A stretch of 64,000 nt of DNA from a bacterium (GTDB lineage: Bacteria > Bacillota > Clostridia > Christensenellales > Aristaeellaceae): assembly GCA_963618735.1 (NCBI GenBank), contig CAVEUM010000006.1, positions 4,237 through 68,236 of the forward strand, in the 5' to 3' direction. Shown in pieces: positions 28,029 to 38,725 of this stretch. Positions within the stretch are counted from its first letter, which is position 1, and every line of letters starts with the position of its first letter. The notes under the pieces were generated by a model. It did not search any database, had not been told where the DNA came from, and saw nothing but the letters and a program-made list of their open reading frames with translations. The position numbers and the translations under genes are program-made.

Positions 28029-28036
28029 GAGGAGCG

Positions 28037-28063
28037 AGGAGCCTTGAAGAAGGCTCCTTTCTC
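28037..28063 (+). terminator. intrinsic terminator
   Basis: GGAGCC (28037-28042) / GGCTCC (28051-28056) followed by TTTCTCT. Confidence 0.55.
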
Positions 28064-28103
28064 TATGCGCAGCGTGTAGGCTTGCATAAAAGCGCACCAA
28101 GAA

Positions 28104-28141
28104 TAAAAAGAGCGATGTCCCTTGCAGGGCATCGCCTTTTT
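28104..28141. terminator. bidirectional intrinsic terminator
   Basis: AAAAA, GCGATGTCCCT, tgc, AGGGCATCGC, C-TTTTTT. It sits between convergent 26898-28028 (+) and 28212-28805 (-). Confidence 0.75.
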
Positions 28142-28211
28142 TGCGCTTATGAAAGTGGGGGAGAGAAAGCATCGGCTTCAGGGCCGCTTTCTCACTGAAT
28201 TCCCATCCAGC

Positions 28212-28805
28212 TTACTTTTCTTCGTTCTTCTTGGCTTCAGCTGCTTCTTCTTCGTACATCTTGTACAGCTGCTTCCAATACTTGTCGTCATAGCCTTCCC
28301 ACAGAGGCTCAACGCGGGAAGCCTCGTTCATGAAGTAGAACACATCACGGCCGAGCTCGAAACGACCCTTGTTGGTGTGCATATCGATGGTCCATTCAGG
28401 AACTTCGGGAACAATGCCCTTTTCGTTTTCCTTCATGATGATATTCTTGATCTGGTCGGTAGAACGCTCCTTCTTGCAGCGGCACAGATAGCGGATCGCA
28501 TACAGGAAGAAGATGGGGCGGTCGCCGTCACCGTAAGGATATTCCTTGCGCAGCTCATTGCAGGTCTTCACGATGACGCAGGCATTGGGATCGCCGAAAC
28601 CGATGTCCTCAATCGGGATCACCATCAGGCGGGTCCACATCTTGTCTTCATGGAAGGGGGAGGTTACGTACAGCTCGTAAGCCATGCGCATTGCCGTCTG
28701 CTCATCACCGCGGCGGATGCACTTCTGCAGTGCGGAAATCACCAGGTCGGCGCTCAGGCCATGCTTGGTCTTGGTATAAGCCCAAGCATCATAATACTCA
28801 GCCAT
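28212..28805 (-). CDS. stand-alone MgsA/RarA C-terminal-domain-like protein (no AAA+ module)
   Basis: 197 aa, preceded by [36 protein letters not shown]...[17 protein letters not shown]...[16 protein letters not shown] align by eye with the RarA C-terminal helical domain. See finding. Confidence 0.65.
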   Translation of the reverse strand: [197 protein letters not shown]

Positions 28806-28839
28806 GGTTAGGTTCTCCTTTTGTGTTGGTTTTATTCAC

Positions 28840-28870
28840 AAAAAAGGGGAAAGCATCGCTGCCTTCCCCC
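28840..28870 (-). terminator. intrinsic terminator after the sugar-binding protein gene
   Basis: Minus strand: GGGGGAAGGC agcgat GCTTTCCCC followed by TTTTTT. Confidence 0.75.
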
Positions 28871-28885
28871 ATTTTATGCAAAGTG

Positions 28886-30172
28886 TCAGCGATTGGCCAG
28901 GTTGGTCAGGGTCTCGGTCACATCAGCGCCGTTCACCAGGATCTCCTGGATAGCGGTGGTAGCGTCGGAACGCAGGGCAGATGCGCCGTCGAAACCAGCG
29001 TAGGTGTAGAAGGAATCAGCCTGAACGCTCTCAGCCTTCTGAGCGGTGCCAGCAACAGCCAGCCACTCTTCGGACTCAGCAACGGACTTCAGGTAGGGCA
29101 TGAACGCGTCAGACGTGGTGACAGCGTACACGTTCTCGGGCTGCTCCAGATAGCGCAGGAAGAGCCAGGAAGCCATACGAGCGGCCTCGTCGTTGTTGGT
29201 GTCCATGATGGCATACACGAAGTTCTCGGAGTAGTCAGCAGGCACGTTTGCCCAGCCTTCCTTGCCCTGAGGAATAGCAGCGCAAGCCCAGTCCATGGTC
29301 ACGCCATCGGGAATCTTGTACTGAATCCACTGAGCTTCGTTACCGGAGCCGATGTACAGCTGCACATCGCCGCGGCCGAAGGGGCCGGAGAAGTAGTAGT
29401 CCTCACCAGCGGTGCGGAAGATGCCCTTGTCGATCTGATCCTTGTACCACTGGATGGCGTCGATAGCAATCTGCAGATTGTCGCCGCCGAAGAGGATGTT
29501 GCCCTGAGAATCAGTGTAGCCAGCGCCAGCCTGGGTAATCAGGGTGGTGAAGGTCTTGAAGGGATCGTCCCAACCGAAAGCAGGACGGCCGGTAATCTCG
29601 GTGATCTTTTCGCAGGTGGTGACCATTTCATCCCAGGTGGTAGGAACGGTCAGACCATTCTCCTCGAAGAAAGTCCTGTTGTAGTACATAACCTCGCCAG
29701 ACACATAGCCAGGCAGGGTGTAGATGCCTTCCTCGGTGTAGGAAGAGCCCAGGTTTACGAAGAAATCGTAGTAGTCGCTCAGATCCAGACCGTACTCAGC
29801 GGACTCGATGTAGGGCGTCAGGTCAACGATGGCATCGGCCAGCAGATAGTCCGGCACATAGGTTGCTTCGGTCATGACCACATTGGGCACGCCAGCGCCA
29901 GCGCGGATGGCAGCAACCAGCTGGGTCTCCATGGTCTCGGTGCCACCGGAAATGACCTGCATGTTCACCGTGATGCCGTACTGGGCACCAATGCCGGCGT
30001 TGAATGCGTCCACAACGGCCTGCAGATCAGCGTCGTAGGTCTCGTTGTCGAGCATTTCCCAGAAAGTGATGGTGATCGGCTCGGTGATCACATCGGTGGA
30101 GACTTCGGCAGAGCAAACGGCCGTCATAGAGACCATCAGCAGAGCCATGAACAGGGCAAAAAATTTCTTCAT
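28886..30172 (-). CDS. extracellular solute-binding protein (family 1, carbohydrate ABC transporter)
   Basis: 428 aa. Signal peptide MKKFFALFMALLMVSMTAVCSA. Last gene of the ATPase-permease-permease-SBP unit. Confidence 0.88.
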   Translation of the reverse strand: MKKFFALFMALLMVSMTAVCSAEVSTDVITEPITITFWEMLDNETYDADLQAVVDAFNAGIGAQYGITVNMQVISGGTETMETQLVAAIRAGAGVPNVVMTEATYVPDYLLADAIVDLTPYIESAEYGLDLSDYYDFFVNLGSSYTEEGIYTLPGYVSGEVMYYNRTFFEENGLTVPTTWDEMVTTCEKITEITGRPAFGWDDPFKTFTTLITQAGAGYTDSQGNILFGGDNLQIAIDAIQWYKDQIDKGIFRTAGEDYYFSGPFGRGDVQLYIGSGNEAQWIQYKIPDGVTMDWACAAIPQGKEGWANVPADYSENFVYAIMDTNNDEAARMASWLFLRYLEQPENVYAVTTSDAFMPYLKSVAESEEWLAVAGTAQKAESVQADSFYTYAGFDGASALRSDATTAIQEILVNGADVTETLTNLANR

Positions 30173-30222
30173 GCTTGTTTCCCCTCCAAATTATTTACAT
30201 AAAAGGACGGACGCATTATGCG

Positions 30223-31059
30223 TTATCCTTTAATGCCGCCACTTGCAACGCCGGCGATGATCTTCTTGTGGAAGAACGCATAGAAGACAATCATCGGCAG
30301 AACCGTAATGCATGCTGCCGCCATCAGGTAATGATAGTTAGCAGATGCCATGGAACGGAAGGTCATCAGGCCAGAGGTAATGACGCGGTGTTCGTCACTG
30401 CGGGTTACCATGTTCGGCCACATGAAAGCGTTCCACTGTCCAATGAAGGCAAGAATGGCAATGGTGAAAATCGCATTCTTGTTCATGGGAATCATGACCT
30501 TCCAAAGGAACTTGAAATCAGAGCAGCAATCTACCTTGGCTGATTTGAACAGCGAAGGCGGAATCTGCGTGAAGTATTCGCGCAGCATGAAAATGTAGAA
30601 GCCATTTGCCAGCGACGGCAGGGCGATGCCCAGGAACGTATCCAGCAGGCCAAGGTCAGCCACAGTTTCATAATTCTGAATGACCAGCATTTCTTCAGGA
30701 ACCATCATGGTCAGCATGAAGAGAATGAAAAACACATTCTTCAGCGGAAAATCATAAATGGTGAAAGCGTAGGCACCCAGAATGGAGAACAGCAACGTGC
30801 CTGCCACAGAAATGGCGCACACGATGAGCGTATTGCGATAGTACAGCAGGAAGGGCTTCAGGTTCCATGCATACTCATAGTTGCTCCATTGAGGCGACGC
30901 AGGGAACCATACGGGCGGAATGGCGGTGGATTCATACGCTGTTTTCAGGGAAGACAACACCATGTAGATGAAGGGAAACAGCATGATGAATGCGCCGATG
31001 CATAGCAGCAAATATTTGATGATGGTCAGCACGGTGGCTCGTGTGTCTTTGATTTTCAT
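30223..31059 (-). CDS. carbohydrate ABC transporter permease (MalG/UgpE-like)
   Basis: 278-aa, six-TM type with the EAA-like loop region (SLFKSAKVDCCSDFKFLWKVMIP). Confidence 0.9.
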   Translation of the reverse strand: MKIKDTRATVLTIIKYLLLCIGAFIMLFPFIYMVLSSLKTAYESTAIPPVWFPASPQWSNYEYAWNLKPFLLYYRNTLIVCAISVAGTLLFSILGAYAFTIYDFPLKNVFFILFMLTMMVPEEMLVIQNYETVADLGLLDTFLGIALPSLANGFYIFMLREYFTQIPPSLFKSAKVDCCSDFKFLWKVMIPMNKNAIFTIAILAFIGQWNAFMWPNMVTRSDEHRVITSGLMTFRSMASANYHYLMAAACITVLPMIVFYAFFHKKIIAGVASGGIKG

Positions 31060-31072
31060 TCCTCTGCCTCCA

Positions 31073-32017
31073 TCAATAGTAGTGCACGAACTTGCGGGAA
31101 ATAACGCGCTGGAGAATGGTCAGCCCCATGATGACCAAGAGGAACAGCACAGCGGCAGCGGCAGCATAATTCACTTCGCCTCGCACAAAGAAGTAATAGT
31201 AGATGTAGTAGGCGATGGTGATGGCGGAGTTGCCGGGGCCGGCAGTGGTGGAATTCACCGAGGTGAACAGGGAGTACACTTCGTTGTACGTCCGTGCAAC
31301 GTAAATTACGGACACGATAATAACCATCCACATGGTGGGGGAAAGCAGGGGAAGCGTGATGCGGAACAGCGTCTTGCTGGGCTTGGCGCAGTCGATTTTT
31401 GCAGCCTTGTAGACCTGCTTGTCGATCTTTTGCAGACCTGCCAGAAACAGCACAACCTTGAAGGCAAGGCCGTTCCAAATGCAGAAAATGCACAGCGCCC
31501 AAATGACCATATTGCTGTCCGTCAGCCAGTTAACGCCTTCCACGCCGAACAGGCTCAGGAAGTAGTTGATGTAGCCGTGCTGGCTGTGGAACAGCGTGTA
31601 GAACACCGTACCGATGGCCACAGTAGAGGTCACGTAAGGAGTGAAGAACAGTGTTTGGAAGAAACCCTGCAGGCGCTTGATAGAATTGATCTTCAGCGCG
31701 ATGGACAGGGAAAGAATCACGGTGGTAGGCAGGGCAACAAGAATCAGAATGCCCGTGTTCTTGCAGGCCAACCAGAAGGTCTTGTCATTCAGTACATGCT
31801 TGAAGGAAGCAAGGCCGAAGCCTTTGCCTGTAGATGTGATGAAGACAAATTTTTCATAGAAGGCAGAACGCAACACGGCCAGCATGGGATAGAAAACGAA
31901 CAGAATGAATACGATCAGGGGCGGCAGAATGTACAGCCACGCCTTTGGACTCCTGACCAGCAACTCATGGTTGGGGCCGGTTGTCAACTTATACTTTTTC
32001 TTCTTTTGCTTCATCAT
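31073..32017 (-). CDS. carbohydrate ABC transporter permease (MalF/UgpA-like)
   Basis: 314-aa polytopic protein. KAAKIDCAKPSKTLFRITLPLL is the conserved permease loop. Confidence 0.9.
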   Translation of the reverse strand: MMKQKKKKYKLTTGPNHELLVRSPKAWLYILPPLIVFILFVFYPMLAVLRSAFYEKFVFITSTGKGFGLASFKHVLNDKTFWLACKNTGILILVALPTTVILSLSIALKINSIKRLQGFFQTLFFTPYVTSTVAIGTVFYTLFHSQHGYINYFLSLFGVEGVNWLTDSNMVIWALCIFCIWNGLAFKVVLFLAGLQKIDKQVYKAAKIDCAKPSKTLFRITLPLLSPTMWMVIIVSVIYVARTYNEVYSLFTSVNSTTAGPGNSAITIAYYIYYYFFVRGEVNYAAAAAVLFLLVIMGLTILQRVISRKFVHYY

Positions 32018-33075
32018 TTGACCCGCACTCCTGTCTCAGCGTTGAAGAAGCAGCAACGATTGCCGCGCAGGGTGAAGGAAATGCGATCGCCGGCACTCAG
32101 CACCGATGCGGCATCGACCAATGCCTTGATGCGGCGCCCATCAAGGGAGAAGGACACCACCTGATCCTGACCGCGCTGCTCCACGCTTTCCAGCGTCACA
32201 TTGATGCCATCGCCATGGATCCAGGCCTCGGGACGAATGCCCATGTGATATGCGCCGTCCGCCAGGGTGCAATCCAGCGGCAGCACCTGACCATCCTGCA
32301 AGGAGACCTTGCCGCCCTTCACGGTTACATCCACAAAGGAAATTACGGGATTGCCAAGGAAGGAAGCGACAAACTCATTGCAGGGATCCATGTACATTTC
32401 ATGCGCAGGTGCAATCTGCTGCACCACACCGCGCTTCATCAGCACGATGCGGTCAGTAATGCTCATGGCTTCTTCCTGGTCATGGGTAACGAAGATGGTG
32501 GTAATCTTCGTTTCCTGCTGAATGCGGCGGATTTCCTGGCGCATCTCCATGCGTAGACGGGCATCCAGGTTGGACAGCGGCTCATCCAGCAGCAGGACCT
32601 TGGGCTTCTTCACCAGTGCACGGGCAATGGCAACACGCTGCTGCTGGCCGCCGGAAAGCTGACCAGGCTTGCGGTTCATGTATTCATCAATCTGCACCAG
32701 CTTAGCAGCTTTCAGCACTTCCTCGCGGATTTCATTGCGGGAAAAGCGCTTGCCAGTCTTGGAATTTTTAATGTTTGTCAGCGGGAAAGCAATGTTATCA
32801 GCCACGGTCATGTGGGGATAAAGGGCATAGTTCTGAAACACTAAGCCGATATTGCGCTCCTCGGGGGTGGCAGTGGTTACGTTCTGATCACCAAACCAGA
32901 TCTCACCATCGGTTACGTTTTCCAAACCAGCCAGCATATAAAGCGTGGTAGATTTGCCGCAGCCGCTGGGGCCCAGCAGACCGGTCAGCTCACCATCCTC
33001 AAAGGTCAGGCTAAGATTATCGACGGCGACATAATCGTCAAATTTCTTCGTCAGGTTCTTCAGGACAATTTCCAT
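32014..33075 (-). CDS. ABC transporter ATP-binding protein (MalK/UgpC/MsmX type)
   Basis: Track ORF 32014-33123. ATG 33075 follows GGAGG. MEIVLKNLTKKFDDYVAVDNLSLTFEDGELTGLLGPSGCGKSTT...LSGGQQQRVAIARAL. Confidence 0.92.
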   Translation of the reverse strand: MEIVLKNLTKKFDDYVAVDNLSLTFEDGELTGLLGPSGCGKSTTLYMLAGLENVTDGEIWFGDQNVTTATPEERNIGLVFQNYALYPHMTVADNIAFPLTNIKNSKTGKRFSRNEIREEVLKAAKLVQIDEYMNRKPGQLSGGQQQRVAIARALVKKPKVLLLDEPLSNLDARLRMEMRQEIRRIQQETKITTIFVTHDQEEAMSITDRIVLMKRGVVQQIAPAHEMYMDPCNEFVASFLGNPVISFVDVTVKGGKVSLQDGQVLPLDCTLADGAYHMGIRPEAWIHGDGINVTLESVEQRGQDQVVSFSLDGRRIKALVDAASVLSAGDRISFTLRGNRCCFFNAETGVRVK

Positions 33076-33297
33076 TACACAACCTCCACTTGATATGGAT
33101 TCATAAAGAAATCGGTGAAGCAAAAAGCGAAACGCAAAGAAAAAGGATTTCTCTATTACATTACGTTAGATTTCTGCAAAGAAGAGAATATTCCTGCTTA
33201 AAATCAAAAAACAATTCGCGAATTTTCAAGAAAAAACTGCTGATTTTATAAGATTCTATGAATGGCTACAATGGGAAATTTTTGACATGAAAAGTGC

Positions 33298-33333
33298 AAA
33301 AAAGGCGATGCTTCCCCGAAGGAAAGCACCGCC
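33298..33333 (-). terminator. intrinsic terminator after pflA
   Basis: Minus strand: GGCGGTGCTTTCC ttcgg GGAAGCATCGCC followed by TTTTTT. Confidence 0.75.
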
Positions 33334-33339
33334 CTGTGT

Positions 33340-34098
33340 TTATTTGACAATGCCCAGAATTGCTTCTGCCTGTTTCACTTGCTCCCTTGTCGGTGTCGGA
33401 ACGCCATCAAGGGGATAGGTGATGCCAAGCTTCTGCCATTTGGAAAGACCAAGGGTGTGGTAGGGAAGAATCTCTACCCGCTCCACGGTTTTCAGGCTCT
33501 GAATGAAAGCTGCCATGCTTTGCAGATCATCCTCGCCATCCGTGAGACCGGGTACGAGCACGTGACGAATCCACATGGACTTGCCTGTGTCGCTAAGCTT
33601 GCGAGCCATGGCGAGAATGTTTGCATTCTCCATGCCTGTGACCTTTTTGTGCAGATCACGATCCATGGCTTTCAAGTCCAGCATAACCAGGTCAGTTACA
33701 GCCATCAGTCGGTCAAAAGCCTCCTGATAAGCAGCGTCTTCGCGGTACGGCTGGCCTGCGGTATCCAGCGTGGTGTGAATTCCCTTCTGGTGAGCAAGCT
33801 CAAACAGCTCCGTTACAAACGGCATTTGAAGCATAGGCTCGCCGCCGCTGACCGTAATGCCGCCATTCTTGAAATCCTTGCCCCAGTACCTTTTGTACCG
33901 CAGGGCTCTTTCAAGCAAGGTGGCAGCGTCCACTTCCTCGACACCGGAATTGTGAAAATCCCAAGTGTCGGGGTTGTGGCAAAACTGGCAGCGCAGGGCA
34001 CAACCCTGCAGGAAAATCACGTAACGCACGCCGGGACCATCCACTAGGCCAAAGCTCTCTACCGAGTGCACCCGGCCCAATGTCTTACATGTGGTCAT
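33340..34098 (-). CDS. pflA: pyruvate formate-lyase activating enzyme (radical SAM)
   Basis: 252 aa. [37 protein letters not shown] (CxxxCxxC). Overlaps the pflB stop by 14 nt. Confidence 0.95.
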   Translation of the reverse strand: MTTCKTLGRVHSVESFGLVDGPGVRYVIFLQGCALRCQFCHNPDTWDFHNSGVEEVDAATLLERALRYKRYWGKDFKNGGITVSGGEPMLQMPFVTELFELAHQKGIHTTLDTAGQPYREDAAYQEAFDRLMAVTDLVMLDLKAMDRDLHKKVTGMENANILAMARKLSDTGKSMWIRHVLVPGLTDGEDDLQSMAAFIQSLKTVERVEILPYHTLGLSKWQKLGITYPLDGVPTPTREQVKQAEAILGIVK

Positions 34099-36337
34099 GG
34101 CAGGTACGGGAGATAACGTCCATCTGCTGCTCGCGGGTCAGGTCGATGAACTTTACAGCGTAGCCGGAAACACGGATGGTGAAGTTTGCATACTCTTCCT
34201 TCTCCGGATGTTCCATAGCGTCCAGCAGCTTCTCCACGCCGAAGACGTTCACGTTCAGGTGATGTGCACCCTGAGTGAAGTAGCCATCCAGCACCTGCAC
34301 CAGGTTGTTGGAGCGCTCTTCGTCGTCATGGCCCAGAGCGCCGGGATTGATGGTCTGGGTGTTGGAGATGCCGTCCAGTGCCCAGTGATAAGGCAGCTTA
34401 GCGGTGGAGTTCAGAGAAGCCAGCAGGCCGTTCTTCTCAGCACCGTAGCTGGGGTTTGCACCGGGGGACAGGGGCTCGCCAGCCTTACGGCCGTCAGGCA
34501 GGCTACCGGTAGCCTTGCCATACACCACGTTGGAGGTGATGGTCAGGATAGAGGTAGTGGGCTCGGAGTCACGATAGGTGTGACGCTTCTTGATCTTCTC
34601 CAGGAACTTGCCCAGCAGCCACACAGCGATGTCGTCAGCGCGGTCATCGTCGTTGCCGTAGCGGGGGAAGTCGCCCTCGGTCTTGAAGTCCACAATCAGG
34701 CCGGACTCGTCACGGACAGTGGTCACCTTAGCGTACTTGATAGCGCTCAGGCTGTCCACCACGTGGGAGAAACCAGCGATACCGGTTGCGAAGGTGCGGC
34801 GGACATCGGTGTCGATCAGAGCCATTTCCGCAGCTTCGTAGTAGTACTTGTCGTGCATGTACTGAATCAGGTTCAGAACATTCACATACGTGCCAGCCAG
34901 CCAGTCCATCATGCGGTCATAGGACTCAATGACCTCATCATAGTTCAGCACTTCGCTGGTGATAGGACGATAAGCGGGACCAACCTGGTCATGGGACTTC
35001 TCATCCACGCCGCCGTTCAGTGCGTACAGCAGGCACTTGGCCAGGTTTGCACGGGCACCGAAGAACTGCATTTCCTTACCGGTCTGGGTAGCGGACACGC
35101 AGCAGCAGATGGAGTAGTCATCGCCCCAAACGGGCTTCATGACATCGTCGTTCTCATACTGGATGGAGCTGGTCAGCACGGAAATCTTCGCAGCATAGTG
35201 CTTGAAGTTTGCGGGCAGATCCTCAGAGTACAGAACGGTCATGTTGGGTTCGGGAGAGGGGCCCATGTTCTCCAGGGTGTGCAGGAAACGATAGTCGTTC
35301 TTGGTCACCATGGAACGGCCGTCCACGCCGATGCCGCCAACTTCCAGCGTTGCCCAGGTGGGGTCACCGGAGAACAGCTGATTGTAGCTGGGGATACGGG
35401 CGAACTTGACCATACGGAACTTCATAACCATGTGGTCGATCAGTTCCTGAGCCTGCTCTTCGGTGAGGACGCCGCGCTCCAGGTCACGCTCCATGTAGAT
35501 ATCCAGGAAGGTGGAGATACGGCCAACGGACATAGCAGCACCGTTCTGGGTCTTGATGGCAGCCAGGTAGCCGAAGTACAGCCACTGGCAAGCTTCCTTG
35601 GCGTTGGAGGCAGGCTTGCTGATGTCATAGCCGTAAGAGGCGGCCATAACCTTCATTTCCTTCAGAGCCTTGATCTGCTTGGAAATTTCTTCGCGCAGAC
35701 GGATGACGTCATCGGTCATGGTGCCGTCGCCGCAGTTAGCGAAATCCTTCTGCTTTTCAGCAATCAGGAAATCGATACCATACAGAGCAACACGGCGATA
35801 GTCGCCCACGATACGGCCGCGGCCATAGGTGTCGGGCAGACCGGTGATGATCTTGTTGTGGCGAACCTTCTTCATCTCGGGGGTATATGCCATGAACACG
35901 CCATCATTGTGGGTGGGAGCATACTCGGTGAAGATCTTGTGCAGCTCAGGATCGGGCTCGTAGCCGTAGCTCTTGCAGGATTCCTCAGCCATCTTGATGC
36001 CGCCAAAGGGCATGAAAGCACGCTTCAGGGGCTTGTCGGTCTGGATACCAACGACCTGCTCCAGATCCTTCAGCTCTTCGCTGATGTAGCCGGGGCCGTA
36101 AGCGGTCAAGGTAGCAACAACCTTGGTTTCCATGTCCAGAACGCCGCCCTTAGCGCGCTCTTCCTTCTGCAGCTTCTGCAGAGCGTCCCACAGCTTGTTG
36201 GTAGCATCGGTCGGACCTGCCAGGAAGCTCTCATCGCCTGCATAGGGCTTGTAGTTCTTCTGGATAAAGTCACGTACATTGACTTCTTCGCGCCAAATTC
36301 GGCCGTCGAAGCCTTCCCACTGATCACACTGAACCAT
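34085..36337 (-). CDS. pflB: formate C-acetyltransferase (pyruvate formate-lyase)
   Basis: 750 aa. Contains the CCVS active-site cysteines and the glycyl-radical motif TIRVSGYAV. Confidence 0.97.
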   Translation of the reverse strand: MVQCDQWEGFDGRIWREEVNVRDFIQKNYKPYAGDESFLAGPTDATNKLWDALQKLQKEERAKGGVLDMETKVVATLTAYGPGYISEELKDLEQVVGIQTDKPLKRAFMPFGGIKMAEESCKSYGYEPDPELHKIFTEYAPTHNDGVFMAYTPEMKKVRHNKIITGLPDTYGRGRIVGDYRRVALYGIDFLIAEKQKDFANCGDGTMTDDVIRLREEISKQIKALKEMKVMAASYGYDISKPASNAKEACQWLYFGYLAAIKTQNGAAMSVGRISTFLDIYMERDLERGVLTEEQAQELIDHMVMKFRMVKFARIPSYNQLFSGDPTWATLEVGGIGVDGRSMVTKNDYRFLHTLENMGPSPEPNMTVLYSEDLPANFKHYAAKISVLTSSIQYENDDVMKPVWGDDYSICCCVSATQTGKEMQFFGARANLAKCLLYALNGGVDEKSHDQVGPAYRPITSEVLNYDEVIESYDRMMDWLAGTYVNVLNLIQYMHDKYYYEAAEMALIDTDVRRTFATGIAGFSHVVDSLSAIKYAKVTTVRDESGLIVDFKTEGDFPRYGNDDDRADDIAVWLLGKFLEKIKKRHTYRDSEPTTSILTITSNVVYGKATGSLPDGRKAGEPLSPGANPSYGAEKNGLLASLNSTAKLPYHWALDGISNTQTINPGALGHDDEERSNNLVQVLDGYFTQGAHHLNVNVFGVEKLLDAMEHPEKEEYANFTIRVSGYAVKFIDLTREQQMDVISRTCHDHM

Positions 36338-36414
36338 GTGAATCCTCCTTCACGGATGTTCATTTAGTATGGGGGATATATGCAAACCGTCGTAAGACGA
36401 TTTGGTCAAAGGAA

Positions 36415-36459
36415 AACCGCGGTGCGCGGGAAACGCCATGAAGACGAATCCCGCAGCAC
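36415..36459 (-). terminator. candidate terminator after eno
   Basis: Minus strand: GTGCTGCGGGA ... TCCCGCGCAC, then CGCGGTTTTCC. The U-tract is short and offset. Confidence 0.4.
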
Positions 36460-36532
36460 ACGGTGGAAAGGGAAGCAAGACATCCGTCCTACCTCAGGGA
36501 CAGAATGAACGCTTCCGGCTGATTGACTCAGC

Positions 36533-37849
<1,317 letters not shown>

Positions 37850-37942
37850 TTAGAAACGACAAACTTGGTTAGGAACTTCTAACCCTGTATAATTTAATCG
37901 ATTCTAAGTCAACTGTCAACCCTGTTTTCGTGATTTTTTCAA

Positions 37943-38677
37943 TTAGCAGTTCACCCATCTGTCAGAAGAAAAGTCTTCTGCAATGTATGCCCCGATGATT
38001 TCCTTCAGGGAATCAGCTTCTTTCGGAGCGTAGCGCGGGGACATGGCAAGTGTCACAAAATCATAGGGCTCAGTGGAAAGAAAGGTACGGTAATCGGGAT
38101 AGTTGCGGAAGGGGATGACGGGCTCCGCACCGTTCGTTCCTTCAAACAGGCGAGACGCGACGGAACAAAGCTGAATGTTACCGTCTGCGTTAAACAGAAC
38201 GCCGGGAAGGTCTGAACGGGAACGGGGATTGCGGACATTGTCCAGCGAGGATACCCAACGTGTTGCCAAAGCGAAGAGCAGGTAATTGGCCTCATCCAGC
38301 TTGTGCTGTTCATAGAAGGCGGACAAGCAGCGACGCTTTTCCACAGGCATGGACAACACGTTGAACAACACGTAATTCGGCCCGGGGTAGCCGATGCCAA
38401 GGTCGCTGTGAGCATCGACATGGGTCACATGGAAGGGTGCCTGCAAACGATTCCCGGCAACCATCTCTGCCCAGAAGACCAGCGCCTGGTCATGGGTTTC
38501 AAAGATACGGCCGGGAACAGGATGCTCGGTATGCAAACCGCACTGCTTTTCCAGAAAAGAACGGACAACTGCACCGTCCCACGGTTCACAGCCGTCCAGC
38601 GGCGGACGCAGACCTTTTTCAGCCAACGGGCAACAGTCGTTCAGGAAAAAATCCAGATCGATATCCAATACCCGCAT
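37943..38677 (-). CDS. UPF0489 family protein
   Basis: Track ORF 37943-38755. ATG 38677 follows GGAGG. MRVLDIDLDFFLND...HVTHVDAHSDLG resembles the UPF0489 (C5orf22-like) signature as I recall it. Confidence 0.55.
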   Translation of the reverse strand: MRVLDIDLDFFLNDCCPLAEKGLRPPLDGCEPWDGAVVRSFLEKQCGLHTEHPVPGRIFETHDQALVFWAEMVAGNRLQAPFHVTHVDAHSDLGIGYPGPNYVLFNVLSMPVEKRRCLSAFYEQHKLDEANYLLFALATRWVSSLDNVRNPRSRSDLPGVLFNADGNIQLCSVASRLFEGTNGAEPVIPFRNYPDYRTFLSTEPYDFVTLAMSPRYAPKEADSLKEIIGAYIAEDFSSDRWVNC

Positions 38678-38696
38678 GCTTGCACCTCCACGTGAT

Positions 38697-38725
38697 ATTA
38701 TACTGTATTTTTCATTGTTAGGCAA
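38697..38725 (-). promoter_or_regulatory. sigma-70-type promoter of the UPF0489 gene
   Basis: Minus strand: TTGCCT (38725-38720), 17-nt spacer, TATAAT (38702-38697). Confidence 0.6.

Noticed and set aside
28122-28811. 229-aa plus-strand ORF covering the whole MgsA_C-like gene on the opposite strand.
   Set aside because: The minus-strand frame has a strong SD, a clean family resemblance and flanking terminators. The plus-strand ORF starts inside the bidirectional terminator and has shadow-frame composition.
36338-36532. A ZTP (pfl-motif) riboswitch upstream of pflB, with the same question for the glyA leader at 6540-6573.
   Set aside because: The pfl motif is classically found upstream of pfl, glyA and purH genes, so I looked for its conserved ACUGGCG ... 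CCGCCUGGGCA elements. Upstream of pflB I see only a partial UGGCG and a hairpin that better fits an eno terminator. The glyA 5' UTR downstream of its promoter is only about 30 nt. Neither is supportable without a covariance-model scan (Rfam RF01750), which would be the decisive test.
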